Below, piece by piece: positions 44,946-58,613 of a DNA stretch of 64,000 nt (positions are counted from its first letter, which is position 1; every line of letters begins with the position of its first letter). The DNA comes from Guillardia theta CCMP2712 (Eukaryota; Protista; Cryptophyta): contig NW_005434671.1 in NCBI RefSeq assembly GCF_000315625.1, positions 414,078 through 478,077 of the forward strand. Reading direction: 5' to 3'. The translations under genes were made by a program, and so were the position numbers. Below the pieces are notes generated by a model. It saw nothing but the letters and a program-made list of their open reading frames with translations, did no database searches and was not told where the DNA came from.

Positions 44946-47900
44946 CTACACAATGAAAACCCGTGAGAAGCCCCGAGAAGCAGTCAGGGAGTAGATGTCA
45001 CCGTCAGGATCCAGCCAAAGAGGATGATTGCCACCATCCTCCAGTTCACTGATCGCCAGTCGCCGCTGTAACGACCGGAAGCTCAGCGGATGTGTGGGAC
45101 TGGCATGCGGACGAACCTGCAGAGGCCAACGGCTGCGGTGGCTCCGCACTTGCAGTGAGTTGTAGAAATGGGCGCACCGAGCTTTGAGAAGGTGAGGACC
45201 TGGAAGAAAGTCACAGACGTGAGCGAAGGCTCTTGGGAAGAAATGATGAGGATAGGAGATCTGTAGGGGAGATGGAAGGGAAAAGCGGGATAGATGCGGA
45301 AAGGAGGGAGGAAGGGGAGGAAGAGAGACGGGGGTAGGGAGGGGGGATGAGGGGGAAACAGGTAGAGGGAACTAGGAGAGGAAAGGCGGAGAAGAGTCAG
45401 AGTCTCCTTACAGTGAACATCGCTCCTAAATCCATGCTGAGACCTCGCGAGGGTGAGTGATAGGTAAGTTTGTTGCCCTGACGGCAAGGGTCAAGGATGC
45501 TCGGCAGGCAGCCGCCTTGTCTCACCAGCGCCCTCATGATGTGATGGCCGTAAGTCAGCAGGCCGATGTCAAGAGCAACGGCACCTGGCTCGGTCGGTCA
45601 GTGGGGCAGCTGAGGAGGGAGAGATGTTGCTCGGCTCACCGTAGACGAGGATCCATACAGGGACGGGGGCCTTGACGATGTATCGTGAGGTGACGTCGAT
45701 AGTGTGGGAGAGGAGGAGGTGAACGTGAGGGATTAAGGAGGAGGAGACGAGGGAAGGGGAGAAGGTAGACAGGATGGAGAGGACAGAGAGGCGAAAGGCG
45801 AACAAGAGTAAGAGGGCTGGGATGCAGTGGAATGGAGCAAGTAGAGGAGAGCTAGGAGTTGAGCGTGACGGGACCTTGGAAGTGGCTCGTCCTGTCGAGT
45901 AAACCATCCAAACCTAAGGCATGTCACCAGCACAAGGGAGCAGGGAGACTTTCACCGTAGCGAGAGGGCCGATGGAGTTCGCAATGTCATTGGCACCATG
46001 TGCAAGAGAGGCGAACGAACATGTTCCCACCTGACGAGGTTGACGGTGAGGGAGGGAGGGAGTGAGGGAGGGAGGAGAGCGGGAACAAGGAAGAAAGCGG
46101 AGGGTTGCAAAGGGGAGGACCTGCAAGACTTTGTACAGCTGCGTAAAAGAAACGTTACATGAGAACGCGAGGGGCAGGGTTGAGCAAACCTTCTCAGTGT
46201 TGGAGTCATGCTTCTCAACGCTCTGGTCGATAGTCTCGTCCACCTCTTGCTCTGACACGTCAACGACGAACTGAAAGTGAAAGTCAGGCAAGGCAGCTCC
46301 ATAGACGGCTATGGAACTGCACCTTGTCGGCTATTGTCAGAGCCCATCTCCTGCTCTTGTCTCCTCCTTGCTCAGCCTCTACCCCCTCATCGCTCACTTG
46401 CTCCTTCATCTCGCTCTCAGTGTCCTGCACGCAACTAAATCGACGCAGACAGTCAACGAGATGGGAAATACCTTGGATCCGTTCACAGCAGCTTGTTCGC
46501 CCGACTCATGCACTATCATGCTGCCGTTCTGCCCCACTAGTCTCGTGAATTCTGAACTTCTTACTTGTTCTTTGCGCGGGAAGGAGACAGTCAGAGGTTG
46601 GAGCATACAGCAGCTCTCACCTTCCATCTCAGCATCCTCGTTCTCCGGAGGCATGTCGAACATCCTGTACCAGGGGATGTCTTCATTCTTTTCAATGACT
46701 CTCCTGCACCTGCCAGAGAACTTGCTTCACACCAGCACAACTCCCGCTCCTCATCTTTGGTAACCATGGCACAAGGTAGCGGATGGAGAAGACAAATCCA
46801 GCAGCGGCGATGGCGATGATGATGGTGATGGACGCCTGCAGCTGTCGTCAACTATCCTCCCAACGTGGAGCAGAAAGGTCCCACAGGTAACGGGAGTTTG
46901 TCCAAGGAGAGCGCCGGACTAGGGCGAGGGAGTCAGAGGAAGAGGCGCGCTTCACTGAGAGCGCATTCACAACCTCCCTTTGAGGAGCATGAATGCAGCG
47001 ATGACGCCCCAACAGAGGGCCGTGAAGACTGGGAGGGTCTGCAGCCTGTGGCAGGGACAAGGAACGTGAGTAAGCGAGGAGAACTTTCCCTGGGGAAGGA
47101 TAGAGGGGTGATGGAGGTGGCAGAGGGGCGTGTGTTGGAACACTCAAGGAAGAGAGTTGGTTCCTTGGCAGTGAGGAGGATGCGAGCACAGCTTTCGGCG
47201 TCGTACCCTTTCTGGAAGGAGAGCTCTCCTTCGTGCTTCAAGACCAAGTACTTGAGGGTCGAGTAGAAGGTTGAGGCTACAACTCCTGACGCCAAACATC
47301 ATTCAGGGGAGGATTCCACATGAGGGAAGAGAGAGGAGAGAGGAGAGAGGAGAGAGGAGAGAGAAGAGAGAGGGGAGAGGAGCGAGGAGCGAGGAGAGTG
47401 GAGGGAAGAGAGAGGAGGGAAGAGAGAGAAGTTTGGAGGTTGGAGTCACTTTACCAGCACAGAATGGCGAGATGAACCAGGAAGCAACGATACTAGCGAC
47501 GCCTCCCTGCTGGTAGTCCCAGATGACTCCCGGGAGCCCGAACGCCGCCATGCCGACCCCAACTGCGGTCAACTGCAGTCACTCTGGCGAGAGGCAGCGG
47601 AGAGACAAGCCCCCACTGATTGCTCCGATGGTCGCGTGAGTGGACGAGACGGGCATCTGAAAGTTCTCCTCTATCAGCTTCGCCCACAGACAAGGAAAGG
47701 ATCGCCTGTAGTGATGTGGCTACCAACACCCAGATCGCTGAACCTAGAGACGAGCAGCCCATTCCCATCATCAGGACGTATGGTTCGCCGTAGAATCGTG
47801 ACACGTCTACAATCTTCTTCCTCACTGTGTCCGTGACGCTGTGCAAGGTTGTCATCTGGGGGAGGAGAGGAGAAATGTCGACGGCAGCAACCTTGATCCC

Positions 47901-48238
47901 AAAACAATTGCACCAAACGCTTCTGCGAACAAGGCTATAACAAGACGGTCAGAATAAAATTTGTGAGAACTACAACATCAACCGATCGCCACAGCCTGTT
48001 TGTGTGTGATGGTTCTTGATGCAACAGCGGTAGAAAACGAGTTGGCAACGTCATTTGCACCAATTCCTGCATGGTCATCAGCCCGTACAAACAGGTAGAG
48101 CAAGACCGACCGTAAGCATCTATGAAGGCCCAGAAGAAGGAGAAGATTGCCCATGCAGGATGAAGCCAAGGGACTCCAACCTACACTTGCCTTCAGCCCT
48201 CAATCTCTCCGAACAGCATCCCTAACCTCGGATTGCAT
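44946..48238 (-). CDS. PiT/PHO4-family (SLC20) phosphate symporter, many exons
   Basis: Both signature motifs GIGANDVANSF and HGANDIANSIGPLA, plus PVSSTHA, IVASWFISP and LGAPISTTHCKCGA. Confidence 0.92.
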
Positions 48239-48848
48239 GACGAGAGACAACGGAGAGAAGCAGGGCCAAGTTGGCAAGAAAGTCTAGGCTTTGAGCCTCG
48301 CCAAGTCACGAGAGAGGCAGATTCCTCAACGACAAGCTCCTCCTAGCGGCTCCTACTTTGCGTCCTCCTGCGCTGCTCGCCCTTGCTCCGCTACGTTCAT
48401 CCCCCAAACCATTCCTAACAGATTCTGAATTGAGGGGTAGGGGTAGATGCAATGTGCAGGTGGTGGTGTTGAGAGTACCCCATAATTCAACATTTTTAAT
48501 CCTTACTCAGTCTGGTGGGTAGGTACAATAGAAGGGTAGGGGTAATCAGAATACCGGGTCCTCTTGATAAAGTGGAGGTCAAAACAAAGGGATGTAGTGA
48601 TTATTCTGACTTAATCGAAGTAACTAAAATCTCAAGGTTCAATTGTTATACTCGCATATTTTAGTTACTCAGGAATTCAAACTCGGTTCTTGGTAGTAAT
48701 CTGTACTGGAAGCGACTTAAGTAAACACAGGGAATGGCAGACTCGCGGGCAAGTGCGGGAAGGGGAGGTGGGAAGGGAGAGGAGGAGAGGGGAAGGCGCA
48801 GATGTGGTGAGGTGTAACGATGTGATTGGGAGCAAACATCGTGTTCAG

Positions 48849-51800
48849 ATGCCTGGGGAGCACAGGGATGTAAGAGACCTACACTTCGCGGAGACTTTGG
48901 TCCGCGATTTGTTGTTCAGTGCTCGCAAGGGGGTGGCTGGAAATCTTGGTCCCAGCCTCAGTCTTACACACCCTCTTGCTGTTGTCGGCAACAATGGTGA
49001 GTTCCTAGGCAATGCCTCACTGAGAGTGTCGGAGGAAAGAAGGCAGCATGTCATTGACCTCGCGCCCAAATTTCGAAATGCGCTCGGGACACCTGAACTG
49101 TCGAATGCCACATGTGGTTTGGTGAAGAAGAATGGTTTGGTAGTTGCAGCAGAGAGGCAGGGCGACCGGATAAAAGTCATGAAGATCGGAGACGCCGATA
49201 AGGTCATAGGGAGGGTTGCCCTGAGGGAGCCAGGAAAGACCCATCCAATGAGGGTACTGGTGATGGGAGGAAAGGAAGAATACCGTTCGAAGCTCCTCTG
49301 CGAGAGATTGCAAGTGTCCTCCCTGAATTACATGATGGAGCTGAAAGAAGACGAAATGAGCTTGCAGAAGAAAAAGCTTGAGTCTGATGAGACCACACTG
49401 AAAGCCCTAGAGGATCGCCTGTCTAGGCGGAGGGCGGCCTTCAAGTTCATTGCCACGTTCTCAGAGGAGAAGAAGAACGCCGTCTTCCTCGAGATGTCGC
49501 GCAGGATCGGAGAGCTGTCTGAAATGATACAGAACAAATCGAAGAATCTCGAGTGGAACATGGACGAGGAGGAGAGGGCCGACAAGTATGCTAAGATCGA
49601 GGATGAGCACTCCCGGCTCAGCCGGGAATTTGAAACTTTCAGGAGCTCGCAAGGGCGCTCCTCTGCTTTCGCTCAGGGATCTGAGTGGCTGGTGGAGGAC
49701 CAGAAGACTCTGCTGGGGTTGGAAGCAGCGGAGCTGTTCTTCCGGGGGGTGAACGACTCCTCCTCTCTCGAGACCTTCTCGTCCCCTGCTGGTTTCTGGG
49801 ACGCATTCTGCAAGGAGGCATGCTCAGAGATTGGGGAGGAAGACGCCAGGATTCTGTTTTCGGGGGAGATGTTCCTGAGCACAACCCGGTCAGAGGTCGA
49901 GAGTGAACTGTCACCGCCAGATAACTTTATCTTCGTCCTTGCCCCAGATATTGTTCAGGAGGAGCTCGATGAGGAAAAACACCACCATAAGGTCGCGAAG
50001 CTGAGGAGGAGGATGCTGCCAAAGTTGGGTGAGCTGCTCGTTCTGCTGAAGAGTTCGGACATCGACAACTCTGGGACGGTGGACAAGACTACATTCCTGC
50101 GAGCACTGGAGTCTGTGAACTTGTTGCAAGTCATCTCCAAGCAGGAAGCGCTCGAGGTCTTCTCTCTTCTCGGCCCAGATGTGTCAGGATACGTTGAGGT
50201 GACTGTTGCATAGCCTCCTGATGATCCCAGGCTGACGCTCGCTCGCAGTACAGCGACCTGAGAGACTTGATCGGAGTAGCCAACTCGCAAATCAAATCTG
50301 AAATGGATCAAGCTGCTGCTTTCAAATGCATAGCCTCCACATGTGACAAGATCATTGTGCTCTTGGATGGCAAGTCGTCTCGTTACAACTGGTAATCAGT
50401 TCCATGCTCGTTCTTTCCTTGTTCCTCTCTTTACTCCTCCAAGTTTCCAACTTTTCGCTTTTCAAATCCTCCCGCAAGATCTAATGCTGATGCCTAGGAC
50501 GGAGCTCGAAATCATCAAAGACTTGTACCAGTCGGATCCGTCAAAGGTCCATTTCGCTTGCGTGAGTCACCACAACCATCGCGATGCTCTCGCGCGATCG
50601 TTGGCAGAGCTGCTTGGCGACCGCGCGTTAGAGAGCGTCCCGCTGGTCTCCTCCCTTGCTCAAGGTTTCACGTCCGAGCTCTCAAAGGAGCAGCAACAGA
50701 TCGTGTCCCTGTGCAAAGATGTCTCCGATGTCCTCAGGAGTGTGTTGTTGAGGCTCAACAACTTGTACCAGCAAGCGAATGACCCAGCAGACGGCAGGAA
50801 GCCGCATTCTTGCGTGCTAGACCGAAGCGCGATAGCTAGAGCCAATCAGGAGCTTTCGGAAATCCTCAAGTTCTACACCCGCAAACTCTCGTCGACCAAT
50901 CAACTTTTACATCGCCTGAAGCAAGTCATCAAATTTGCAAAGCAAAACTCTGACTCCATGCTGGACAACTCGGGGGTTCTGATTATGTCTCTGGAGGTGA
51001 CGTGAATTGTTGTGTCCACGTGTGCATTGCTCTCTCTGACATCGAGACTTTTCTTAGGAGAGAACGAGGAAGTGGAATCGGCAAGAGGAGCGGGCAGAAA
51101 AGATCAAGCAAGAGGTAGGGGCGAAGCTTGTTTCTGATCCTCATCATCCCTCAGGTATCGCGCAAAGAGATCGGGAAATGGTTGACGTGGGAACACATCG
51201 AGGTGGGGCGGCAGGAGGTGACACATGATGCTCAACTCGCTCGCAGCTCTGGCTTGCAAGCTTGTCAGTCTCATCGGAATGCATCAACATCTTCAGATCG
51301 AAGAGGATCGACTCGCTCAAGAAGCTCCTGCGGGTATTGCCCTCTCCTTGCCCATCGACTCTTGACTGCGGGTGTTCAGGTCAAGGTTGATGAGCTCAAG
51401 GATTGGGACGTCGATGTCGGCGATCGACTGAGACTCAAGGCAAGTCATCGCTCGTCCCGCCAGCCCCCTTGACTGCCTGCCGACAGATTGGGCTCAAGGA
51501 CCTCAAGGCTTTCTACTCTCAGAAGCAAGTCTCCTTCCTACAGGAAGGCCTGTGGTGGTCTGTCTGCCCTGCCCCCCTCCCTACGGCCTCACCTGCTAGC
51601 AGGCTGCTCAACACGGAGGCTCCCAACCATGACAAGCTGAAGCTTGAGGTTTCCCTCCTCCCCAGCTTCTCCTCTTGATTATTGTCTGTCGCCTCGACCA
51701 GTTCCCGGAGCATCTCCTTCACGACCAGGGAGCGGGAAAGCAGACCAACCTCAAGGGACTTAGAGCAGGCGACCTCACGGTCGTAGACTTGGCGCACCAT

Positions 51801-52886
51801 GGCAGCTACCTCCTAAAGGTCCCCGAGGCAAGCGACACCATGCATGTCTGCAATCCTGCCTCTCACGTAGCCTGCAGCGAGCGGAGCTGGAAAGGTTGAA
51901 GTTTAAGCTCGAGCTGGATCGCAGGCCAGGTCAGGCAGCATACATCGACTCGGAGGATCTCGGAGTGATGTACGGCATCCTGCGAGGGTGAGGCCGCCTT
52001 CTCCCCTTCTCCTCCCTGACCTCCAGCACAGAGATGTAGAGTGTAGCAAGAACAGCCTGGCGCTGCTTCGACAAGGCCTACAACTGTTCTTGACGGGACA
52101 AGTTCCACCACAGTTGCTCACTGAGCTCATCGATGATCTGCGACAAGAGGTCCTCCTCCTCTCCCTCCCCTTCCATCCCCTTCCTCCTCCTCCTCTTTTC
52201 CTTCCCTCTCCTTCCTCCCGGGCCTTCCCTCACCTTCCTCCTCTCTTCACCAATTGGTCCTTTCATAGTCTCCGCCTCCTTCACTTTTGTACCTGCAGGC
52301 CGAGGAAGTCGTGGGACATCAGTCGCCTGAAGCTCAAGGCGGAGAACCTCTCAACCTCTCGCAGTTCAGTAGGAGGAGGAAGACTCCGTCCAGGTGGGCC
52401 AACCCGCTAGACTCTCCTGCTGCTGACTCGTCCCAGCTCCGTCCACCAACGACGGTGGAGGTTGGAGGAGGTCGAGAAGGAGCAACTGGCGTCTTCGTCG
52501 GACGAGGAGGAGGGGGATGGGGATGGGAGCGAGGGAGGCACTTGGTCCGAGGTAGCTATGCCTTGCTCCTGTCCTCTCCTGATCAGTCGCAGCGGCTGCG
52601 GGCCTGCCTGGAGAATATCTTCGTGGCAGTGTCGGGAGGAGGTGTCATCGCTGATGGGACGAAGCTGGAGCAGGAGATGCTACGACACCGCGGCTTCCGG
52701 CGCGTGCTCAAGACGGCAAGGAAGAGCTTCGAGATGGGGCAGGTGCCGCGGCTGAGGGAGGAGGAATTCTTCCTGAGGAGAGAGTTCCTAGAGGTCCGCT
52801 CTGCTTCCTCCACCTCGTGAACTGACCGGGAGCAGGAGATGCTGCGGGTGTTGGAGCCGGAGGGCGAGCACGACCTCGTACGATGA
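48849..52886 (+). CDS. Large multi-exon protein with coiled coil, EF-hand pair and SAM-like domain
   Basis: DIDNSGTVDKTTF and a second GPDVSGYVE loop. Spliced IDSLKKLLR|VKVDELKDWDVDVGDRLRLK is SAM-like. Confidence 0.55.
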
Positions 52887-53065
52887 GTAGCAGAGAGACC
52901 AGAAGTGCGCAGGCGGAGGGGAGGGGGAAGAAAGAGGAAGGAGTGATGCGAGGGCTGTGGAGGAGGGAGGTACAGGGAAGGAGAGAGGAGACATGCTTTC
53001 AAGAGTTTATCTTAAGAATTATCGATCAGCCTGAGGCTCCTCAGACGACTAGTGGAGCCAAGATG

Positions 53066-55507
53066 TCATCCGGCGTAGGGCATCGATCTTTCAATTATAC
53101 AATCAATAAAGCTGGCGAACTCGCCCGTCTTGATCTGGATGACCTGCCCAGCAAACGCTTAGAGTTCTGACACCCCCCTTGTCAAACGGCAGCTACTCAC
53201 CTCGGTGTCAAACCCGTACATCTGTACCTCCATCTGCGGCATGGCCTCCGCAGCTTCTTTGAAGATCTTGCCGAAGTGATTCCTCCCCCTAAAGCCCATG
53301 CTGTCGGAGGCGAGGCAGCCAACTACTGTACACGTGTGATCCTCTTCGTTGTCGACGCCCAGCACGATAGGCTTCAGCTCCTTGTCTGACGTCTTCTTCT
53401 CGAGGTCCATGAGAAACATCGCCAACCTCGAAAGAACCGCCGGGTTCGTCAAGATCTTGTTCCCCTCATTGACAGCAAAGTAAGCATGACGGAAGAAGTT
53501 TGTCTTCTGAATCATTCTATCTTGAGCTAGTTCAAATCCCTTATGTACAATGGTCTGCAATCAGCCCTCAGCACATCCACCTGTGCGCCCTCATCCTGTC
53601 AAACCTGTTGAAGTTGTATCGCGTACTGCACAACTTTGGAGTTGCCTCCCACGAGAACATCCCAGGCATCTTCATGGTGAGCACAATCCTGAACAGAGGC
53701 GTCACTGTCAGACGAACGTGGGGATTGCGAAACCTACCTTGATAGCATCGTATGAACGAATGTACGAGTCCGTCCAGTCTTCATTCCCCACAGGCGGATG
53801 GTACATCATAGACTGAGGGGCGGGGCTTCAACGAACCATCAAGAGCAGGTTGAATCAACTCACACTACAGATGTAATAGCAATCCGTCACGGAGATCGGG
53901 TTCCCACAAGTTCGTTCCTGCCACATCCGCGTCAAAAGGGGATAGTCAATGTTGAAACGATGTCCTGACCTTCCGGAAGGTCGGAAAGACAAGCTAGTGA
54001 TAGAAGAGTCAGCAAACCGCAAGACCATAGAATTTGTCACGTACTTCCTCCAGGTTGAACTCTTCTTTGTGCTCTTCCAGCAGCGCTCGCAGCCTGTCCT
54101 TGTAGTCGGAGTTCATGTGCATGTATCTCTGTTCTGCTTCGACTAGCGGGATTCCCATCCTTGCCAAGAGAGTTTGAAGTTTGTTTGTTGTTCGATCCTT
54201 CCATATTCCGAGCCTCGAAGCAACGTAGTTGGAGTAATACATGCTGTTGTACAAGGTCCAATGCTGAAGCAACAGAAATCTGAACTCTTCGCTGTAGTTG
54301 ATCTTACTTCCTCCCACGCTTGATGACTCCCCTAATCGAACAGCCTGCAGCTGCGCGTCAGCTGGAGGTCTTGGACTGGAAAGGACAGGCACCTCGTCTT
54401 GTAGAACAAACACTTCCTGCTCGTATCTTTGTCTTCCAATCATGTCGTTCATGAACTGTTCAGTCAATCCGATCATCGCCCACCATCTACAGTCAGTCAG
54501 TGTGATTGCACAACAGAACGATGTGAGGTGTATCACAGCATCGAGTTGTTGTCTCGCTTGATTGTTGTTGATAAATTGTACCTTCATATCAAGATGAGGC
54601 CAAGTCAAGGCAAAATCAGCCATATTCAGTTGATGCTTACATCATTATTGCAGAAGAAAGCCCTCTAGATGTTCCTTTATAGTAGTCCTCGATGGCGAGT
54701 CTGCATTCATCCCTAACCTGTCTTTTCCTTTGCTTCTCAAGTTTTTCCTCATCCTCTTCGTCCACGTCTACGCTATTGCCATCTTCGTCTATCCTCCTAC
54801 GCTGAACCGGTGATCTGATGTTGAACTCGTCCTCCTCCTCCTCCTCCTCTTCCTCAGCAGCATTCAAATCGGCATTCACAACCTGAGAAGGATAAGGATC
54901 AGCGAGCCGGGCACCTCAACAACAGTTGGAGTACCATCATCGCTGTTGGAACTTCATACTCTCTGAGCCCATCGTCGAGCAGGATGATCCTTGCGGTGGA
55001 GAGATCTTGGTTCTCAAAGTCCTCCACATCACCGCAGTCGAAATAAATATTCGAGAGGGAGTAGGGCCGATGACTGTCGATGACCACAACTTGCAAGTCA
55101 GCTCTGTCGTCTTCCCCAAGCTGCAGGAGTTCTGAAAGCAACCAGTCATCCCCCAAGGGCGGCACACCATTGCCATACCGTTCAGAGCCTCAGTAGAGCC
55201 GCAGTTGATCAGGACGATACATCGACAGCTGCTGGTATCCAAAGAGTCCACATGCTGCTGCACGTCCACATATCCCCTCACGAACTGAAGGGAGTAGGAG
55301 ATATGGTCCGCTCTGAACATGGTCTGCCGCATGCAGTCAGGTGACATGAGCCAATCGCAAATCACTTGTGGTTACCACTAGGATGTGGCAGGCAGCTATG
55401 GCATCACACTCTCCGGCAACGCAGATGAGGACTGACGACCCTTCATCCCTCACGCTGTTCTTGATGAGATGGTAGACTTCAGCTATCCTGTTCTTGTCCA
55501 CCAACAT
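53066..55507 (-). CDS. CDC45: Cell division control protein 45, multi-exon
   Basis: VLICVA..CDAIAACHIL, IVLINCG, VIDSHRP, acidic insert, WWAMIGLT, LLQHWTLYNSM..SNYVASRLGIW, LARMGIPL, NHFGKIF. Confidence 0.95.
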
Positions 55508-56059
55508 CTTGGAAGCTGGAAGGACAACGTGAGCAGAAGGATATGGAGGAATCAGCAATCTTGCCTCAAGAAATATAATATACACAAGGTTGGCGCTCGC
55601 CAACACCAATGGGTCTGTAACATAAAGTTGTCATGCGAAATATTTGTGATGAATGCGGTCAGGCAAACAAAATATGACTTCTCTCTTGATCTGCTACAGC
55701 TTTCTATTCAGAAACTTGTATTCTGTTCGAACCTTCATCCCTTCCAAGTACATCTCCAGCTCGACAGCCCCGTGCCATCGTCTAAGTACTCACAATCCTA
55801 TCTTCCACCTTTCGAACTTCCGTACAATGGCGCCCCCTTCACAACTCTCATCCCTTACAGATCATCTCATGGCTCAAGAAGCATCTCATCTTCATCCTGT
55901 TTTAGTATCAGATGTCATCGCTCCCTCTCCCTCCCTCTCCTCCTCTCCTCCCCCCCCTCCCACGCGCGCTCCCGCTCTGATCCCCCGCCTCCATTGCGCG
56001 CCCCTCTAGCCCGTCCACTTTCACTCAATATTTGAATCCGGAAACCACATCCCCACTCT

Positions 56060-56340
56060 TTCCCTGCAGTCACTGACGGTGAGACGGTACCGGGTCACCG
56101 GGTGACCGTCTCCGACCGGTGACCCGGCACGACCGGGGCAGCCGGGTCGTCGACTCTTGAACATGAACCGGGCGGCCTGCCCGGACCGCCCGGCCGGGCC
56201 GCGGGCTCCACTGCAGTGCGGCGCCGCCGAGTCCTGGGCCCGGGGGCCGCCGGGCAAGTTGCGCCGGGCCCACTGAACTTCGGAAATTTACGAGTCGGCG
56301 CGCCGGGGATCGGAGGCGGAGGCTCAGGCTACTGGTACGG
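56060..56340. other. GC/CCGG-rich non-coding island 5
   Basis: CCGGGTCACCGGGTGACCG and GGCCCGG words upstream of CDC45. Confidence 0.65.
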
Positions 56341-56480
56341 TAACCGTTGAAGAGTGTGAAATGATACAAGATGAGGTTGATGCCCCGATCATAGTTCAAG
56401 TTTTTCTTGGATTCCTACTGCAATACACACGCCCCTGTAAACCACTGAGGAGACTCAAGGGAGGGGCGACTCCTTGTCGT

Positions 56481-56950
56481 TCACAAACAGGAGTCTCCTT
56501 CGACTAGACCTTTAGCAGCCTGGGAACAAAGGAAGCAATTAGCAACACCCCCCTTCCATCCAGCCTTTCTCTTGTGCTCGCAAGCACAAGCGAGCCTCAC
56601 CTGGTCCTCCAAGTCGGGGAGCTTTGCATTCTTTTCAATCTCCTCTGCAGCCTGACCATGAGCCATCAGCAGCTTTACACTGAGGGTATTGGACAAACCT
56701 CGATAATCTTGTCCAGGGGAGCAAGAGTGAAGAAAGTCATCTACAGCCCCATCAGACCTTGCTCATCCGCACTCCTCGTCCCTTACCGGGTACGCAGCCT
56801 TCCCCCACTGTGGGTGTAGGACGATGCCGCAGCATCCAACCTGCAGGAGAGTTGTCAGGAAGACGAGGAGAGTAGTTGGTGAACAGGAAACAGTTCAGAC
56901 ATCGTGACGACCGACCAACCAATAGACAAGCAAGTAGGTAGTTAGAATAA

Positions 56951-57008
<58 letters not shown>

Positions 57009-57745
57009 TTGGAGGATACCGGCAAGGAATCATATCCCAGCATCATCGTTAGCCCAGTCAATTCATTGTAGACATGGGCAGTTCGCTCGCCTCCAAACAG
57101 AACGAGTCAGAGCAGGGAAGAGAAGCGTCGTGGCGGTACCAAACATCGAGTTGCCAGTGATGGGACATGCGGCATTGGACCAGTAACCACGACGCAGGAG
57201 CGCGTCCCTCATCGCCGTGGACCATGCATGGATCTTGTTATACATCTGCTTCCTCACCTTGTTCACCTCCTGCAGGCAGCCAAGAAGCATCACACAAGTC
57301 GCACGTCTCAGATTTGAAACAGCTCGCATCTCACCTCATTCGGATACAAGCTCAAGTCCAGCTTCGCTGATTTCCAGTCACCTTGCAGCAAATCCTTCCA
57401 GGTAGGTGCGGGCTGCCATCTTGACTCGGATTCAGAACAAAGGGATGAGCAACAACAATGTCTGATGGTGGAACGATCTTACGTGGGCATGGCAAAGAGG
57501 TTCTCCACCAGGAAAGCCTTCCTCTTCTGCACTTCCACACCCAGCTTCTCCATCTCCTGCTCCAGCTCGTGCTGGAAAGTGAGCCGCGCGTCCTCCATCA
57601 TGGCCGCGCTCATCTTGTGCACGGAGAACTCAACCTGCCAGTTCTCCTGCAAGGCTGGGCCTCTCATCTTCCGAGCTTCTCTCTTCGCCGCCGCTTCTCC
57701 TACCTGCGGCATCTTCCGCACCTCGCAAGTGCCGCCTGACGCCAT
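56481..57745 (-). CDS. MMADHC/CblD-like cobalamin trafficking protein, multi-exon
   Basis: VEFSVH, LRRGYWSNAACPITG and VGCCGIVLHPQWGKAAYP match the CblD pattern GYWAD..DP.SG / GCC.V..HP.WG. Confidence 0.75.
56952..57008. repeat. (GGCA)n intronic microsatellite
   Basis: 14 perfect units. Confidence 0.95.
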
Positions 57746-57797
57746 GGATCGACCGGTCTTATATGGGCAGGCGAGCCCGCCCAGTTGATGAGATTTC

Positions 57798-58475
57798 ATG
57801 CCGCCCCCGCGACATGGCCTGTCCCTCCTCCTCCTCCTCCTTGCCCACGCTCATGGCAGCCTCTGCTTCCTCGCAGCTCCTCTCTCAAGTATCAGAGCAT
57901 GTGGACCAGTCGTCCTGCCTGCTGCAAGGAAGCTCAGGCCATCTGCAGTACCTCCTCGGCACCTGATACGGATGCAAGGGCATGATGCTGAGCGTGGACA
58001 TGCAATACTTGAATGCTGCCAAGCGCAGGTCGAGGATCTCGACCAGATCTTGCAGCTAGACACTCAGGCTTACAATGGGAAGAGCCTCTGGCCCAGAAGC
58101 ATCTACGAATCCGAGTTGAACTCAACTAACAATGAGATATTTGTCTTGAAATTCCCAGAAAATGGTGAGATTGTAGGGTTTGCATGTTGTTCTCTTGTCT
58201 TGGACGAATGTAGCATAACAAACATCGTTGTATCAAAGAATCATCTCAGGAAGGGTTTCGCCAGTCAACTTCTATCCTACATGCTTGACTTTGGCAACAG
58301 CAAAGGAGTACGGCAGTGGTACCTGGAGGTCAGGGCAGAAACGAATCCGGCGGCTGTTGCTCTCTACAAAAAGTTCGGGTTCGAGAGTGTTGGCAGGCGG
58401 AAGCATTACTATTCAAACCCTAGAGAGGACGCTCTGATCCTGCAGCGTGGGTTGGATCTTTCACAGATATCTTGA
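57798..58475 (+). CDS. rimI: RimI-like GNAT N-acetyltransferase with bipartite plastid-targeting presequence
   Basis: ITNIVV....RKGFA..LL, YLEVR..N.AAVALYKKFGF..VGRRKHYYSNPREDALIL. N-terminal signal ends SLC-F and is followed by a basic transit-like region. Confidence 0.88.
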   Translation: MPPPRHGLSLLLLLLAHAHGSLCFLAAPLSSIRACGPVVLPAARKLRPSAVPPRHLIRMQGHDAERGHAILECCQAQVEDLDQILQLDTQAYNGKSLWPRSIYESELNSTNNEIFVLKFPENGEIVGFACCSLVLDECSITNIVVSKNHLRKGFASQLLSYMLDFGNSKGVRQWYLEVRAETNPAAVALYKKFGFESVGRRKHYYSNPREDALILQRGLDLSQIS

Positions 58476-58613
58476 AAAACAGGAACAACTACGATTCCTT
58501 TACATCGAGCAGGATGCTCAAACAGGAGATACGAAGACACTGCAACAATTCTATAATACAGGAAAAGAAAGCCAAGAATCAATCTAGTCTCAACCATGGA
58601 ACAAATCAAGCCC

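Noticed and set aside
23282-55507. CDC7 + CDC45 as a replication gene cluster
   Set aside because: They are ~29 kb apart with many unrelated genes between, and CDC7 is truncated.
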